Assembly: GCA_964016885.1 (NCBI GenBank)
Contig: OZ024743.1
Coordinates: 164,238,001 to 164,302,000, forward strand
Source: Eledone cirrhosa
Lineage: Eukaryota
DNA length: 64,000 bases
Direction: 5' to 3'
In this document: positions 37,769 through 50,123 of the stretch, piece by piece
Numbering within the stretch: position 1 is the stretch's first letter
Layout of the letters: every line of letters starts with the position of its first letter
Made by a program: the position numbers and the translations under genes
Notes under the pieces: model-generated
Seen by the model: only the letters and a program-made list of their open reading frames with translations
The model's database searches: none
What the model was told of the DNA's origin: nothing

Positions 37769-39857
37769 GATGTTAGGATATATTTTGTTTTTTCTCTCCT
37801 TAAACTCGTCCACCCATTAATCAAGGCTAAAACTTTTCTGTAATATATATGGTATCTACCTTTCAAATTCTATATCTCGCATATAGGAGAGAAAATGAAA
37901 AATACCCTAACATCTATGAACTGCTCCTTCAACTTCAAACAGCTTTTAGGATAACTTCAACTAAAGCTTATGCTTTTTCAAACTTCAACCATTTAACCAA
38001 TGTTGAAAAGTTTCCACCATGGAAAAAAAAAAGGTCTTATATACACACATAATGAAACACACTGCCTGTAATTTTCAAACTATCTTGAAAATAATCTATG
38101 AGATGGAGGGAATTAGTAATAAACTTAATAAACTTTCTCATTAAGCCAATGCTTGGAACATAACTTAATAAAGATTCTTAGATAAAATTATAGTGTAACA
38201 CTTTTTTTATCACTTAGTCACGGGTAAAAGGGCATTGCCCATGACCCTTTTGTTGTTAGTGGGGAGAAGGAAATTCTTCTCACACTTGAGACTTGTGTCT
38301 AAATGCTCTTTGCCCAAAATATTAGAATTCTTTTCTTTTAATCACACACAAGCAATATCTATTTACTTTCTTCGACTTTAACTTTCATGCTATCTGATGT
38401 TTCACAAAGAATAAGAGTTTACTTGATGAAATATATATTCAGATGAACATTTCTTTGTCCTCCTTTCCATTGCTCAACAAAGGGTTGAAATGACACTTCA
38501 GTTATGTCAAAACATGACAACTACCCTAATGCTGGTGCCACTATGAAATGCACTCAGTACACTCTGTAAAGTTGTTGGTGGTAGGAAGAGCATCCAGCTG
38601 CAGAAACCATGTCAAAAAGGAGTCAAGAAGATTTTTCAGTTATATCGAGAGCATAACAACATCTATAGTGTGAGTATCACAATAAAATACACCCAGTACA
38701 CTCTGTAAAGTGATTAGTGAAAGGAAAGGCATTCATCCATAGAAAAATTGCCTAACAAAAGGTTGTAATGACTCTTTAGTTTGTCAAGGACATGGCAAGG
38801 GCAATTCGAAACCTGAGAGTAAGTACTAGGATTGATTTAATCAACTTTCTCCTTCCCTTCAAATTGTTGACTTTGAGTTAAATGTAGAAACAATTATTAT
38901 TATTAATTGTTATGGGTGATGGATTGGCAGTATCGGTAGAGGGTCGGACGCCATGCTTTGCAGCATAAAGTTATGGCCCTTTATGATCTGAGTTCAAATC
39001 CCGCCGAGGTTTACTTTGCCTTTCATCCTTACGGGGTCGATAAAATAAAGTACCAGTCATGCACTGGGGTTGATTTAATCGACTTTCTCCTCCTCCAAAA
39101 TTGCTGGCCTTGTGCCTATATAAGAAACCATTATTAATTGTTGCAGTTACAGTGGGGTGGTGATTTGATAGAATCTTCAGAGTGTTGGCTAAAGTGCTTT
39201 GTGGCATTTGCTCTGGCTCTTGTCATCCTTACAGGGTTGATAAACTAAAGCACCAGTAATGCACTGGTGTCAATATAATTGACTTTCCTCTTCCTTTCAA
39301 ATTTCTGGCCTTGTGCCAAATGTAGAAACAAAGGTGGTGTGTGGCAGTATCACTAGAGCATCTGACATGCTTTGTGGCATAGAGTTACGCTTCTTTACAT
39401 TCTGAGTTCAAATCCCACCAAGATCAACTTTGCCTTCCATCCTTACAGGGTTGATAAAATAAAGCACCAGTAATACACTGGAGTCAATTTAATCAGCTTT
39501 CCTTTTCTCAACAAATTCCATTTATAGAATCCTGCAACTACTTTCTAACTGCATGTTTGTCTCTTATGTTTTTGTTCTTATACAGAGTGGGGTGAGGCAT
39601 CTTTCTTTCCATCTCCTTTCATTTTTTTCTATATCCTTTGATGTTTTTCTTAGATTTTTTTTTTTATTTTATTCTATTTTTGTTTGGCTCCACCAAGGAG
39701 CTAGGTGTTGTGTACACGTGTGACTATATATGTGTGGGTGTGTTAATTTTTTTCATTGTATTAATATTATATTTTGTTGTTTTTGTAGTAGCTGTTGCAA
39801 CTGTTAATGTATTTTGATTTAATATATATATACACACATATATATATATTTTTGGGG

Positions 39858-40366
39858 GGTCGTTTTGGAAGCCTCAACAATGCAGATGGGTAAATCTCCG
39901 GGTAACAGAATCCAGTGGTGAATAGAGAGATGTAAGGGAATGTAGAATGAGATGTATAGTGTGTAGAGCAACATAGGAAAGAGCGTAAAAAATAAAAATA
40001 ATAACACAAGATAGAGTTACCTTGGGAGAGATTTAATTGTCCCTATATTTCGGATTCGCATCCATCAACTGGGGGTTTTCCGGGAGGAAAGTTATGTCGG
40101 AGGCCATGTACCGTTCCTCTCCAACAGATAACTTTCCCCCCAGAAAACCCCCCGGTTGATGGATGCGAATCCGAAATATAGAGACAATTAAATCTCTCCC
40201 AAGGTAACTCTATCTTGTGTTATTATTTTTATGTTTTACGCTCTTTCCTACGTTCCTCTACACACTATACATCTCATTCTACATTCCCTTACATCTCTCT
40301 CTTCACCACCGGATTCTGTTACCCGGAGATTTGCCCACCTGCATTGTTGAGGCTTCCAAAACGACC
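39858..40366. repeat. Fold-back palindrome, ~245-bp arms, probably a Penelope pLTR inversion
   Basis: GGTCGTTTTGGAAGCCTCAACAATGCAG... / ...CTGCATTGTTGAGGCTTCCAAAACGACC with scattered mismatches and a short loop. Confidence 0.9.
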
Positions 40367-41014
40367 AAAAAAAAAAAAAAAAAATGTTTATTATTCCACA
40401 ATGCTTCAAGCAAACTTCAATACTCTCTTATACATATATATATATATGCGTGTGTGTGTGTGTGTGTGGTAGTTTTAACAATATATATCATCATCATCGT
40501 TTTTACATCAGTTTTCTCCACACTTGCATGGGTTGGACAGGTCCTTCTCAGCACAGCATCTCTCCACTCGCCATGTTTCTTTGTCATCCCCTCTGTGAGT
40601 CTCAGCAATTTGAGGTCAGCTCTCATTACCTTTGCCCAGGTCTTTCTTGGTCTACCTCTACTGTGTCTTCCTTCCACTGTCACTTCTTCAATGGATCATC
40701 ATCTATGTGCATTACATGTCCATACCAATGCAGTCTTCCCTCCTACACATCACCTCGTATTTCTGATGAGACCCCAACATGACTATATACTCAATGTGTA
40801 TATAATCACATTTTACGCAGTATCAGTTAAACTCTTTATTGTATATGTACAGATGTGAATTTAACATATACTTTGGCTACTTAGTGCACAATTTAATATA
40901 TAGTAGACCACCCGTGACCCGTTGGGTCACGTTCACTTAGAAATATTTTTTTAAAATAATTAAAATATACACAGACTTGTATATAATGTAAAATGAAATT
41001 GGAAGGCCCATATA

Positions 41015-41722
41015 TCGCTATCACTTCTTTCCCTCATGGCTTTATGATAGATAAAAGGCTATGGGCACTATGGATCGATGTTCTGTTTATGATGCACCGA
41101 AACATCCGCAGCCCGTAGTAAACAGCTGACGAAGGGAAACTTTCCATTTCTTGTTTGTGTCACCTTACCTTCTAACACTCGTTATCAGTAACCTCACAGC
41201 CTCGCTTTCCTCAACCAATATTTTTGTATTTACTGCTGTCACCTCCTCTCTACCTGTCTCACCCGATTTGTTGTTCCAGGTCGGGCTTATGTCCTGCCAC
41301 ACTTTTGGATCAACTCCCTCCCTTTCTCTCTCTCTATCCCTCTTACTCACCCCTTCTCACTTCCGGTTTCTCCGTCTCTATCTCTCTCTCTAAACTAACT
41401 TTACTGAGAATAGCCACGGAATTACCTGCTCCCCTGTTATGGCCACCGGGCTTAGACCCATCAGCTTGGTATAACTTGATCTATTTTCTCTTCGGTTACT
41501 CACATACATGTGCCATTGTCCTGTGTTCCCCCTTCTGTCGGTATGTTTACTTCATTTTTTCCTTTTTTGTTTTCTTTCTTTCTCTCTTCGCTATCACTTC
41601 TTTCCCTCATGGCTTTTTGATAGCTAAAAGGCTATGGATCGATGTTGTTTATGATCCATAGTAAACAGCTGACGAAGGGAAACTTTCCATCTCTTGTTTG
41701 TGTTCCCTTACCGTCTAACACT
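41015..41722 (+). mobile_element. Non-coding retrozyme-like repeat, 573-bp period plus terminal direct repeat
   Basis: 41015-41179 recurs at 41588-41722, followed by (TA)n; homologous to 57991-58564(-). Confidence 0.8.
41077..41139 (+). ncRNA. Candidate non-circularly permuted hammerhead ribozyme
   Basis: GATGT-T-CTGTTTA ... CC-GAAACATC ... TAAACAG-CTGACGA-AGGG. Confidence 0.65.
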
Positions 41723-41844
41723 ATATATATATATATATGTTTTGCAAGAGATGTCAACATGAATGGACCTATTATTTTTATCTAAATACACTTTTTCCAA
41801 TTCCATCCCGCCCGTCCCCTTAATCTATTTTATTTCTCATTCTT

Positions 41845-41880
41845 TCTTCTGATGAAGGACTAGCGTCCGAAACGTTAAGA
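41845..41880 (+). ncRNA. Minimal type I hammerhead with intact core
   Basis: TCTT-CTGATGA-A-GGAC-TAGC-GTCC-GAAACGT-T-AAGA. Confidence 0.85.
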
Positions 41881-41976
41881 CCCTCTTCTTGCTATATCAA
41901 GCGTTAACCTTCCATATACTGTACCGATTGTGTTGTTATTTCTGTTTACCTTTTACCTATATATATATATATATAT

Positions 41977-42172
41977 AGTTTTAATATAGATGAGATTCTA
42001 CAGGATTAGAACTGTTTCATTCTTTAGAAATCAGATTCCTGATGATTTCTAAAGAATGAAACAGTTCTAGTCCTGTAGAATCTCATCTATATTAAAACTT
42101 TTATACTCTGCAATGTATTGAGTACCTTACTTACTGTGGTTACCTCCGATTCAACCCAGAATAACGTACCTA
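41977..42172 (+). mobile_element. Short Penelope-like pLTR remnant with a 57-bp-arm palindrome between (TA)n tracts
   Basis: 41977-42033 and 42043-42099 are inverted with 1 mismatch; CTGATGA...GAAACAGTTCTAGTC motif; related relic near 62190. Confidence 0.75.
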
Positions 42173-42239
42173 TATATATATATATATACTAGGTAGGGGC
42201 AACATTTTCATTACTGCTACAAACCATAAAAGTATTTAA

Positions 42240-42460
42240 CCCTTTAGCATTTACATTACTCTATATATACTATTGTATTTTCACAGTAAACACTTTATAT
42301 CACATAATTATCTCACATAATATCGAATCTATGAGATTTTGATACTGTTTATTTTGAGAACAATACCTTAACATGAATATGAGTGACTGTTTACAGCCAG
42401 TTTGAACAGAAATAGATGAGGAAATTCTGACTGGATATGGCCAGTTTAAATGCTAAAGGG
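42240..42460. mobile_element. piggyBac-type MITE
   Basis: TTAA-CCCTTTAGCATTTA ... TAAATGCTAAAGGG-TTAA; a second TTAA/CCC family recurs near 4845, 6380, 23360, 35311, 44065, 46710. Confidence 0.8.
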
Positions 42461-43898
42461 TTAAGAATCAAACTTCATGTAATTCCAGCATGCTCTATGA
42501 CTGTGGTTGGTACAGAGCACATAAATAATTGTTTCTACTATTGGCACAAGGCCAGAAATTACCCAGTACATTACTGGTACTTTATTTTATCGACCCCGTA
42601 AGGATGAAAGGCAAAGTTAACCTCGGCGGGATTTGAACTCAGAATAGCAAGGGCCGTAACTCTATGCATCAAAGCATGGCGTCCGACCCTCTACCGATAC
42701 TGCCAAATAAATAATATTGCAGGAAAGCAAAGATGAAAAATTATCAATTTATTCTTCTGAGATGTTTTTACAAAGACAAACAAAATAATTTTTTTTTTAA
42801 TAGTAAAAAAAACCTTGCTCAAGCTTCATTAATTATGTATATGAGATGTATTTATATATATATATATATATATCTGATTGTTGACGCAAGGAATTAATGA
42901 CTAATTTTGTTTTTAAGATATATTAAAAATAAACTAAAAGGAAATAATTATATCTGGTATTAGAAATAATATAGAAATGTTCTAAAAGTATATATTAGAA
43001 AATACAAGTAAAGTGTATCAATCTTTTAGAAATTATCAACCATAATAATATGCCACGTATGTTCGTATGTTTATATATATATCTGTCTATAACTCTATAA
43101 AATTTACATAGACTGCATTTCCTATGTTGCTTCAATAAGAAGTTCGCTTTCCAGTCACAATAAACAACTAAATCATAATTGTTATTTAATTTTTTTTTTT
43201 TTAGATATTATGTTTAGAAATTTGTTTATAATTTAAAAAATGTATTTGAGCCAAATTGGTGCAAAGCTATTAGTAGATTATTTATTAATTCATATAAAAT
43301 GTGTTTATGTTAATCATAACATAAGGAATTTTACACTTCAATAGACTTTTATTACCAAAATGTTATTTTGTAAGAAGTTATTCCCATGAGTCAGTGTTCA
43401 GATTGTGATATATAAATATATGTATTGTATATATGTATAATGGAGCTTGAGCAAGATTTGTTTACTATTTTTTGTTGTCTTGTGTGTGTAGAAAGAGGAT
43501 AAGACTCTGCAACCATCAGAGAAATGGCTGTACTCAATATGTAAATAAATAAGCAGAAATTCCACACAGTGAAGTCTGTGAACACACAAGATATATCAAA
43601 CCACCTGAAACCACCACTGTTTATAGTATTAAGCTGTTTATTTTAAAGCATTAATATTTATCTAAAAATCTTCTATCGTGATTTCATGTAAGAATTTTTG
43701 TTATGTGGTGAGGGGGATGTTGATTTCATTGACTCCAATATGTGATTGGTACATTATTTTATCAACCCCAGAAGGATGAGTGGGATTTGAACTCAGAAGA
43801 AATATCATTACAATATTTTATCCAAAGCTCTACCAATCCACCAACTTAGTAATGAGAAATTTTGCTATATTAATAAATCATTGTGTATATATTTTCAG

Positions 43899-44049
43899 GT
43901 GTTTACTCTGGTTATCAGCATGCATGAGTTGATGATGACAGAACTATTGTCACTGATGCCTAGTGTGGTATATGTTAAAGATCCTTCTGTCTTTGTTCTT
44001 CACAAAAGAAATCTGACGTCATTAACAGGATCCAAAACTCTACTGCCAG
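43899..44049 (+). CDS. GEMIN5: GEMIN5 exon 4 of 7 (phase 0 to 1)
   Basis: TTTTCAG/GTAAAT; VFTLVISMHELMMTELL...LLP; phases fit both neighbours. Confidence 0.85.
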
Positions 44050-44824
44050 GTAAATTAATTATATTAACCCTTTAATTACCATATTTCTAATGAAATATAT
44101 TCTATTTCAATTAATAAAGAATTTTAAGGGATTTACTAAAATTATTTTAAAAGTTCTTATATCAAATTAGAGTGTTCTATGAGAAGCAACCGTCTCCAAG
44201 TGATACCAACCATGCTTATGGATGTTATCCAACCATCTTGTGGTCTACCTCAACATCATTTGCCAGCTGTCTTTGCCCAAAACATCTGTCCAGCAATTCT
44301 TTCTTTAGACATTCTAACCACTTCTATAGTACCAAAGTTGTGATCACTCGGTGGAGAAGTAACGGCTCTACCTGGCACAACTCCCTGATCTCTGAACTAC
44401 TTACTCTATCAAATAACGTTACTCCAGGGATACCTTGAACGCACCCTTTTTCGGCCACTTTTATTCACGATCATATTCTTTACCCAAGATCCATAACCAT
44501 AGGTAAGGGTAGACACAAATACCAAATTGAAGATAGTGAGTTTGACTTTTATACCCACCTCCATTCTTCTAACTGAGCGCTGAGGTACATTATTGCATTT
44601 AATTTCACCTCCTGCCTTCCATTACTCATGAAAATGATCCCAAAATACTTAATAGAAAGGGTATAAAACACACTTTATTTCAATTAATTACCAAATAATT
44701 TTGAGGGCTTTATTAAAATTATCAATTATGTTATTACTAAGATTTTAACTTAACATATAGTTCCAATATAAAATTATGCTGGACAGTTTTAATTTAAATG
44801 GGTAGTTGTGTTTCATAGGAGCTG

Positions 44825-45880
44825 TCAGTAAAGTGAGTGTAGGAAGTGATTTTAGTGAGGAATTCAAGGTTCAGTTCTTAGCCCACTGATGTTCATCATA
44901 GTTCTTCAGGCCATAACAGAGGAGTTTAAGACCAGCTGCCCATGGGAACTTCTCTATGCAGATGAATTGATCCTTATAGTCGAATCCATAAAAGAATTAG
45001 AAAATAAGTTCCGACTATTGAAACGGAATTTGTAGTCAAAAGGTCTGAGAGTAAACTTAGCCAAAACTAAAGTGCTAGTGAGTAGGAAAGAAGATAAGAC
45101 CCTGATCTCTTCAGGGAAGTGGCCCTGCTATATCTGTAGAAAGGGAGTACTCGATATGTTGTACACAATGTAAATCTTGGTATAACAGATAAATTAACTA
45201 GAAGAGAAAACTTTGTATGTTGAAGATGCACAGGCATAGTCAAATGGAAGAACAGCAGTGATATAAACCTCTTCAGAAAGGGTCCATAGAAGGGGCTGAC
45301 AGCTTCTGCTATCTAGGTGACTTAATCAGCTGTGGAGGAGGGTGCTCTGAGAGCATAATAGCTAGAATAAGGATAGAATGGAAGAAGTTAAGGGAGCTAT
45401 TACCACTGTTGACAACAAAAAGTTTCTCCCTACATACAAAAGGATGACTGTATGACACCTGTGTGTGAAGTGTGATGCTGCATAGTAGTGAAACATGGAC
45501 TGTGACTGCAGAGGACATGCTTAGACTGGAGAGAAATGAAGCAACTACGCTTCGTTGGATGTGCAATATAAATGCGAGTGAAGAAGATGGGTTTAAGATG
45601 AATCCAGAGTGGTGTGGAGAGAAGACTACGTTGGTATAGACATGTGATGCACATGGAGGATAATGGAAGGGTGAAGAAGTGCCAGGAAATGCCAGCAGAT
45701 GGAAGCCGCTGTAGAGGTAAACCAAGAAAGACCTGGGCAGAGGTGGTGAGAGTTGACCTCAAATCACTAAGACTCACAGAGAGGATGACGAAAGAACACA
45801 GTGAGTGGAGAGATGCTGTGCTAAGAAAGATCCATCCAACCCATGCAAGTATGGAAAAACAGACGTAAAAACGATGATGC
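44825..45880 (+). mobile_element. Degenerate RTE LINE 3' fragment nested in a TTAA MITE
   Basis: CPWELLYADEL, RRLRWYRHVMHM, tail ACGTAAAAACGATGATG. Confidence 0.85.
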
Positions 45881-48104
45881 TGAGAACCAGAAGCAGTTTT
45901 GCCTGGATTAGCATCAAATGGGTTAATTCATAATCAACTTTAATCTTAATCTAATCTCATCCTTATGTTGCTCCCCCTCTAGTATAGTCTTGTGTCACTT
46001 TTTATTTGTTTATTCTATTATTAGATTCAGATATTAGACTGCTACCATACTGGGTACTGCCTTCAAGGAATTGGTTGATTATATCAACTTCAGTAGTTGT
46101 TTTTGCAATCCTGGTACTTATTTTATCGATTGCTGTTTGTCCAACCTGGTCAGCTCATGGCTACAATAAAAGACACTTGTTTAGGGTGCTACACAGTGAG
46201 ACTGAACCAAAAGCTTTGTTTCAAAGCAAATTCCTCAACCACACTGCCATGCTTGCAGGTGTTTTAAATTTGGAATTTTCTGATTTACTAAACTTCTCTT
46301 TCTCTGTTTATCTAGTCATTTGATTATTACAAACCCTAATTACTCTCCCCACACACATATATGAATACAATATAGGGTAGAGTGGACTAATCAGTCTGGC
46401 CACACATATAGCAACCTCTCTAATTCTGATACCACAATAAAATACACCCAGTACACCCTGTAAAATGGTAAGGTTGGTGCTACCATAAAATACACCCAAT
46501 GCAATCTGTAATATGGTTGGCATTAGGAAGGGTATCCAGCCATAGAAACCATGCCAGACATGATTTCAAGATGGACATCTCATTATATTTTTGTCTTTTC
46601 TTTTGTAACTCCCAAGTAATTAAATGGTTGCATGAAGCATTCTGGATTGCTGGTTACTTGCTGTCTTGACAAGGGTAACTTCCAATAAAAGAAAAAAAAG
46701 TAAATATCATTAACCCTTTTGATATGAAGCCACCCCTGTTTATACAATAAAACATTGCTTGTTTTAAAATATTTCTACTAATCTAAAAAAAACATTGTCA
46801 TAATTTTATGTAAGAACCTTTGTTATTCTCCATACATAAGCTTAATAATGGGGGAGTTAGTTCTATCACTTCCTAAATCCTTCCAAATTCTCAATTATTT
46901 TCTAAATGATTTGAAAAGCATAGGCAGTGTCTTTCATTAGAAATATGGTAACTAAGTGATTAACATTTTCATTGTTCTCCTGAAGAGAGAGAAAAGGGAA
47001 TTGTTTATACTAAAAGCCAAAATGTATACTTGAAGCTGGGTTTAAATTAAGTGAACTAAACTCTAGAAAGAAAAGAAAAACAAATGATGTATGTTTTGAA
47101 GTTATTACAATGTTTCAGCTAATTATGAAGAGTCATTAAGAGAGCAGGGCTGTCAACAATAGCTTTATGACTGAAAGAGTTAAAAGTTAATTCTTTGTAA
47201 ATTGAAGTTACATTGAGATTAATCATTTAGAGTGGTAATTTCCAATGGAACTGTATATCATCATCACCATTATACGTATGTTTAACATGCTGACATGGGT
47301 TGGATAGCTTGTCATGTTCTGCAGAAATGTCATGAGTAGCAGAAAAACTGCCTGCCGAACAGTTTTCTGCTAGCATATGTAGTGTGCATATTTCTATTAT
47401 ATGCATATAGATATATGTAAATTGACAATATCTTCTTCTTCGTCCACTTATTTCTGAGAGGGTCGTGGGGGCAAAGTCCTTCTCAAACACTCCTTCCAGC
47501 TGCATCCCAAAGCGTGATCAGCCAAGCTCATGGATGTTATCCAACTATCTTGCTCAGGGTCTACCTCTGGGTCTCTTACCGGTTGGTTTTGCCTGTAAAA
47601 TCTGTCCAGCGATTCTTTACTGAGACATTCTAACCACATGCCCATAGTATCGGAGCTGTGATCTCTCAATTTGGAGAAGTAGTGACTCTACCTGGGGTGA
47701 CTTTCTGATCTCTGAGCTATGCCCTTTATTGAGTAATGTTACTCCAAAGACCCTTCAGAGGTATCCCATTTTTGCCGCTTTTATTTACAATTGTATTCTT
47801 TTGATCATTACCCATGATTCGTGATCTTTGGTAAGAGTTAGCAGGAAGATAGCGAGTTTGGCTTTCACACCTAATTCTTCTGAATGCTGAAGCTGGCGCA
47901 TTACTGCATCAGCTTTTGTAATTATTCCACTTAATTCAGCCTCCTGCATTCCATCACTCATGAACACGGCCCCAAGATACTTGAAGGAAGGAAAGGGATA
48001 CACACACACACGTCTCTAACTTAAAAACAATGACACACACACATACGTCTCTAATTTAAGAATGCCGATAAACTCACATGCACGCACATACACACACTGT
48101 CCTA

Positions 48105-48795
48105 TTACCACTTAAGAGCTTTGGCCCAGGCAAACATCCCCTCAATTTTGGAACCATCTGGGTTGTCCAGAATTGATGGGAAAAGACTTGACGGTCTTAC
48201 TCTGTGCTCCTGGTCAAGAGGCAGATGCCTTATCTGGGACAGCACAGTTAGTGACTCTTTTGCTTCTTCCCACATCCTGGATGCAGCGTAAGGGAGAGAG
48301 CTACAGCATCTGCAGTTGAACGGAACAAAATCTTATAATACCTTGTCCTGTCAGCTAACTACATTATCCAGCCTTTGGTGTTCGAGACGTTTGGGAGAGT
48401 CGAGCTACTGACAGCGAGGTTCTTATCTTCACTGGCAGCTCGCAAAACAGAGGTAACTGGTGATGCTTGTGAGGGCACTTGGTTGTTCCAGCACCTCAGC
48501 CTCACCATCACCCCAGGTAACGCTGCGAGCCAGCTGGCTTGCTTCAAAAATTATTAGAGAGGTTTCCCAGTGGTCCTTGCGATATTGTTATCTTTTGCTC
48601 TGGTAGCTGTTCGTTTGTCCACCCCTTTCGCCTGCATTTTGTTCTATGTGGTCTAAAATGTGTTTTACCTGCTTGTGTGTTTTTTCTCTTTCTTTTTTTC
48701 CTTTCCCTTTCCTCTGTATATATTATATTTGTCTGTGTTTTCGTTCTGTAACCATTATATTAAATTTTTATACAAATGAGTTTTAAAAAAAAAAA
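48105..48795 (+). mobile_element. CRE-clade 3' fragment with A-rich tail
   Basis: LEPSGLSRIDGKRLDGLT...GRCLIWD; FETFGR...WLFQHLSLTI.PGNAAS. Confidence 0.75.
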
Positions 48796-49031
48796 GTTAA
48801 ACTGTGTTGTTAAATGAAAAGTTGTACTTCATTTTACTCTCGAACGCTGCTATCATGACTGTATGTGTGTTTGTGCAAATGTATATGTATGAATGTATGT
48901 CCGTGAGCATGTATTTTTGTAAGTTTTTCTGTGTTTGCGCGATTATAGTTATATACTCATACATATAGATGTATGTATATGCACACACATACACATACGC
49001 ATCAGTGTATTGAAAAAAATCCTAATATCTT

Positions 49032-49091
<60 letters not shown>

Positions 49092-49520
49092 TCATAATCA
49101 CTCTATCTATCTGTATCTTCCTCGCTCTGTCTATATATATGGCAGTTGAAGTGGTGTTGGTGGCAGCGAAATACCGGAAGTGTAGAAATTTGAAACTTTT
49201 AAAAGAAGTAAATTTTAAATAAGAAATAAAATTATTTATATTTAATCAAGAGTTACGAAATTTAGTTCATAAATCTAATATTCATTCATGGCAGTATCGG
49301 TAGAGGGTAGGACGCCATGCTTTGAAGCATAGAGTTACCTCCCTGTATGATCTGAGTGCAAATCCCGCCGCGGTTTACTTTGCCTTTCATCCTTCCGGGG
49401 TCGATAAAATAAAATACCAGTAATGCACTGGGTAATTTCTGGCCTTGTGCCAAAAGTAGAAACAATTATTTATTCAAAGTAATCCAACTTATTTTACTAA
49501 CTGGATTAAAAGATATAAAA

Positions 49521-50123
49521 CGTGAACGACAAAGCATAAAGGAATTGAGAGAGAGACTGAGCATAAGAGGAATCAAATGCTGCGTGCAGGAGAGGCGGTT
49601 ACGCTGGTATGGACATGTGATGCGTATGAAGGATGACAGCTGCATAAAAAGGTGCAGAGCACTAGAAGTTGATGGAAACCGCGGAGTGGGGAGACCCAAG
49701 ATGACTTGGGATGAGGTGATAAAAGCTGACCTTACCCAACTACACCTCTCAAAGGCAATGACACATGCCCGTGACTTCTGGCGTCACGCAGTAATACAGG
49801 GTACCCGACCTCCCATGGGTACATGCTGAAGCATATAAACAATATGCCCCCACTCCCCCCACCGCAAGGTGGTCGTGGAGGTGCCACGGCAAAAAAGCAC
49901 CCAGCCCACACTGTAAAGTGGACGTGTAGGCGCCACGAAAAAGCACCCAGCACTCACTGTAAATGAGGTTGGTGTTAGGAAGGGCATCCAGCTGTAGAAA
50001 TCAAGCCAGATCAGTTCCTGTATGAGCAAGGCATGGTCAGCCGACCAGACACTGCCCACAACAGGACAACCCGTCTAACCCATGCTAGCGTGGAAGAACG
50101 GACGTAAAACGGTGATGATGATG
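49521..50123 (+). mobile_element. Young 5'-truncated copy of the full-length RTE
   Basis: Nearly identical to the reverse complement of 26140-26748. Confidence 0.95.

Larger units (their letters stand above)
35661..37986. mobile_element. Long-TIR MITE whose left TIR is split by an RTE insertion
   Basis: 35661-35726 plus 37769-37800 is the reverse complement of 37884-37986. Confidence 0.75.

Noticed and set aside
35661-37986. Inverted duplication of LINE flank as a second case like 25225-32090
   Set aside because: The inverted match continues on the far side of the LINE (37769-37800), so it is a pre-existing TIR element split by the insertion.
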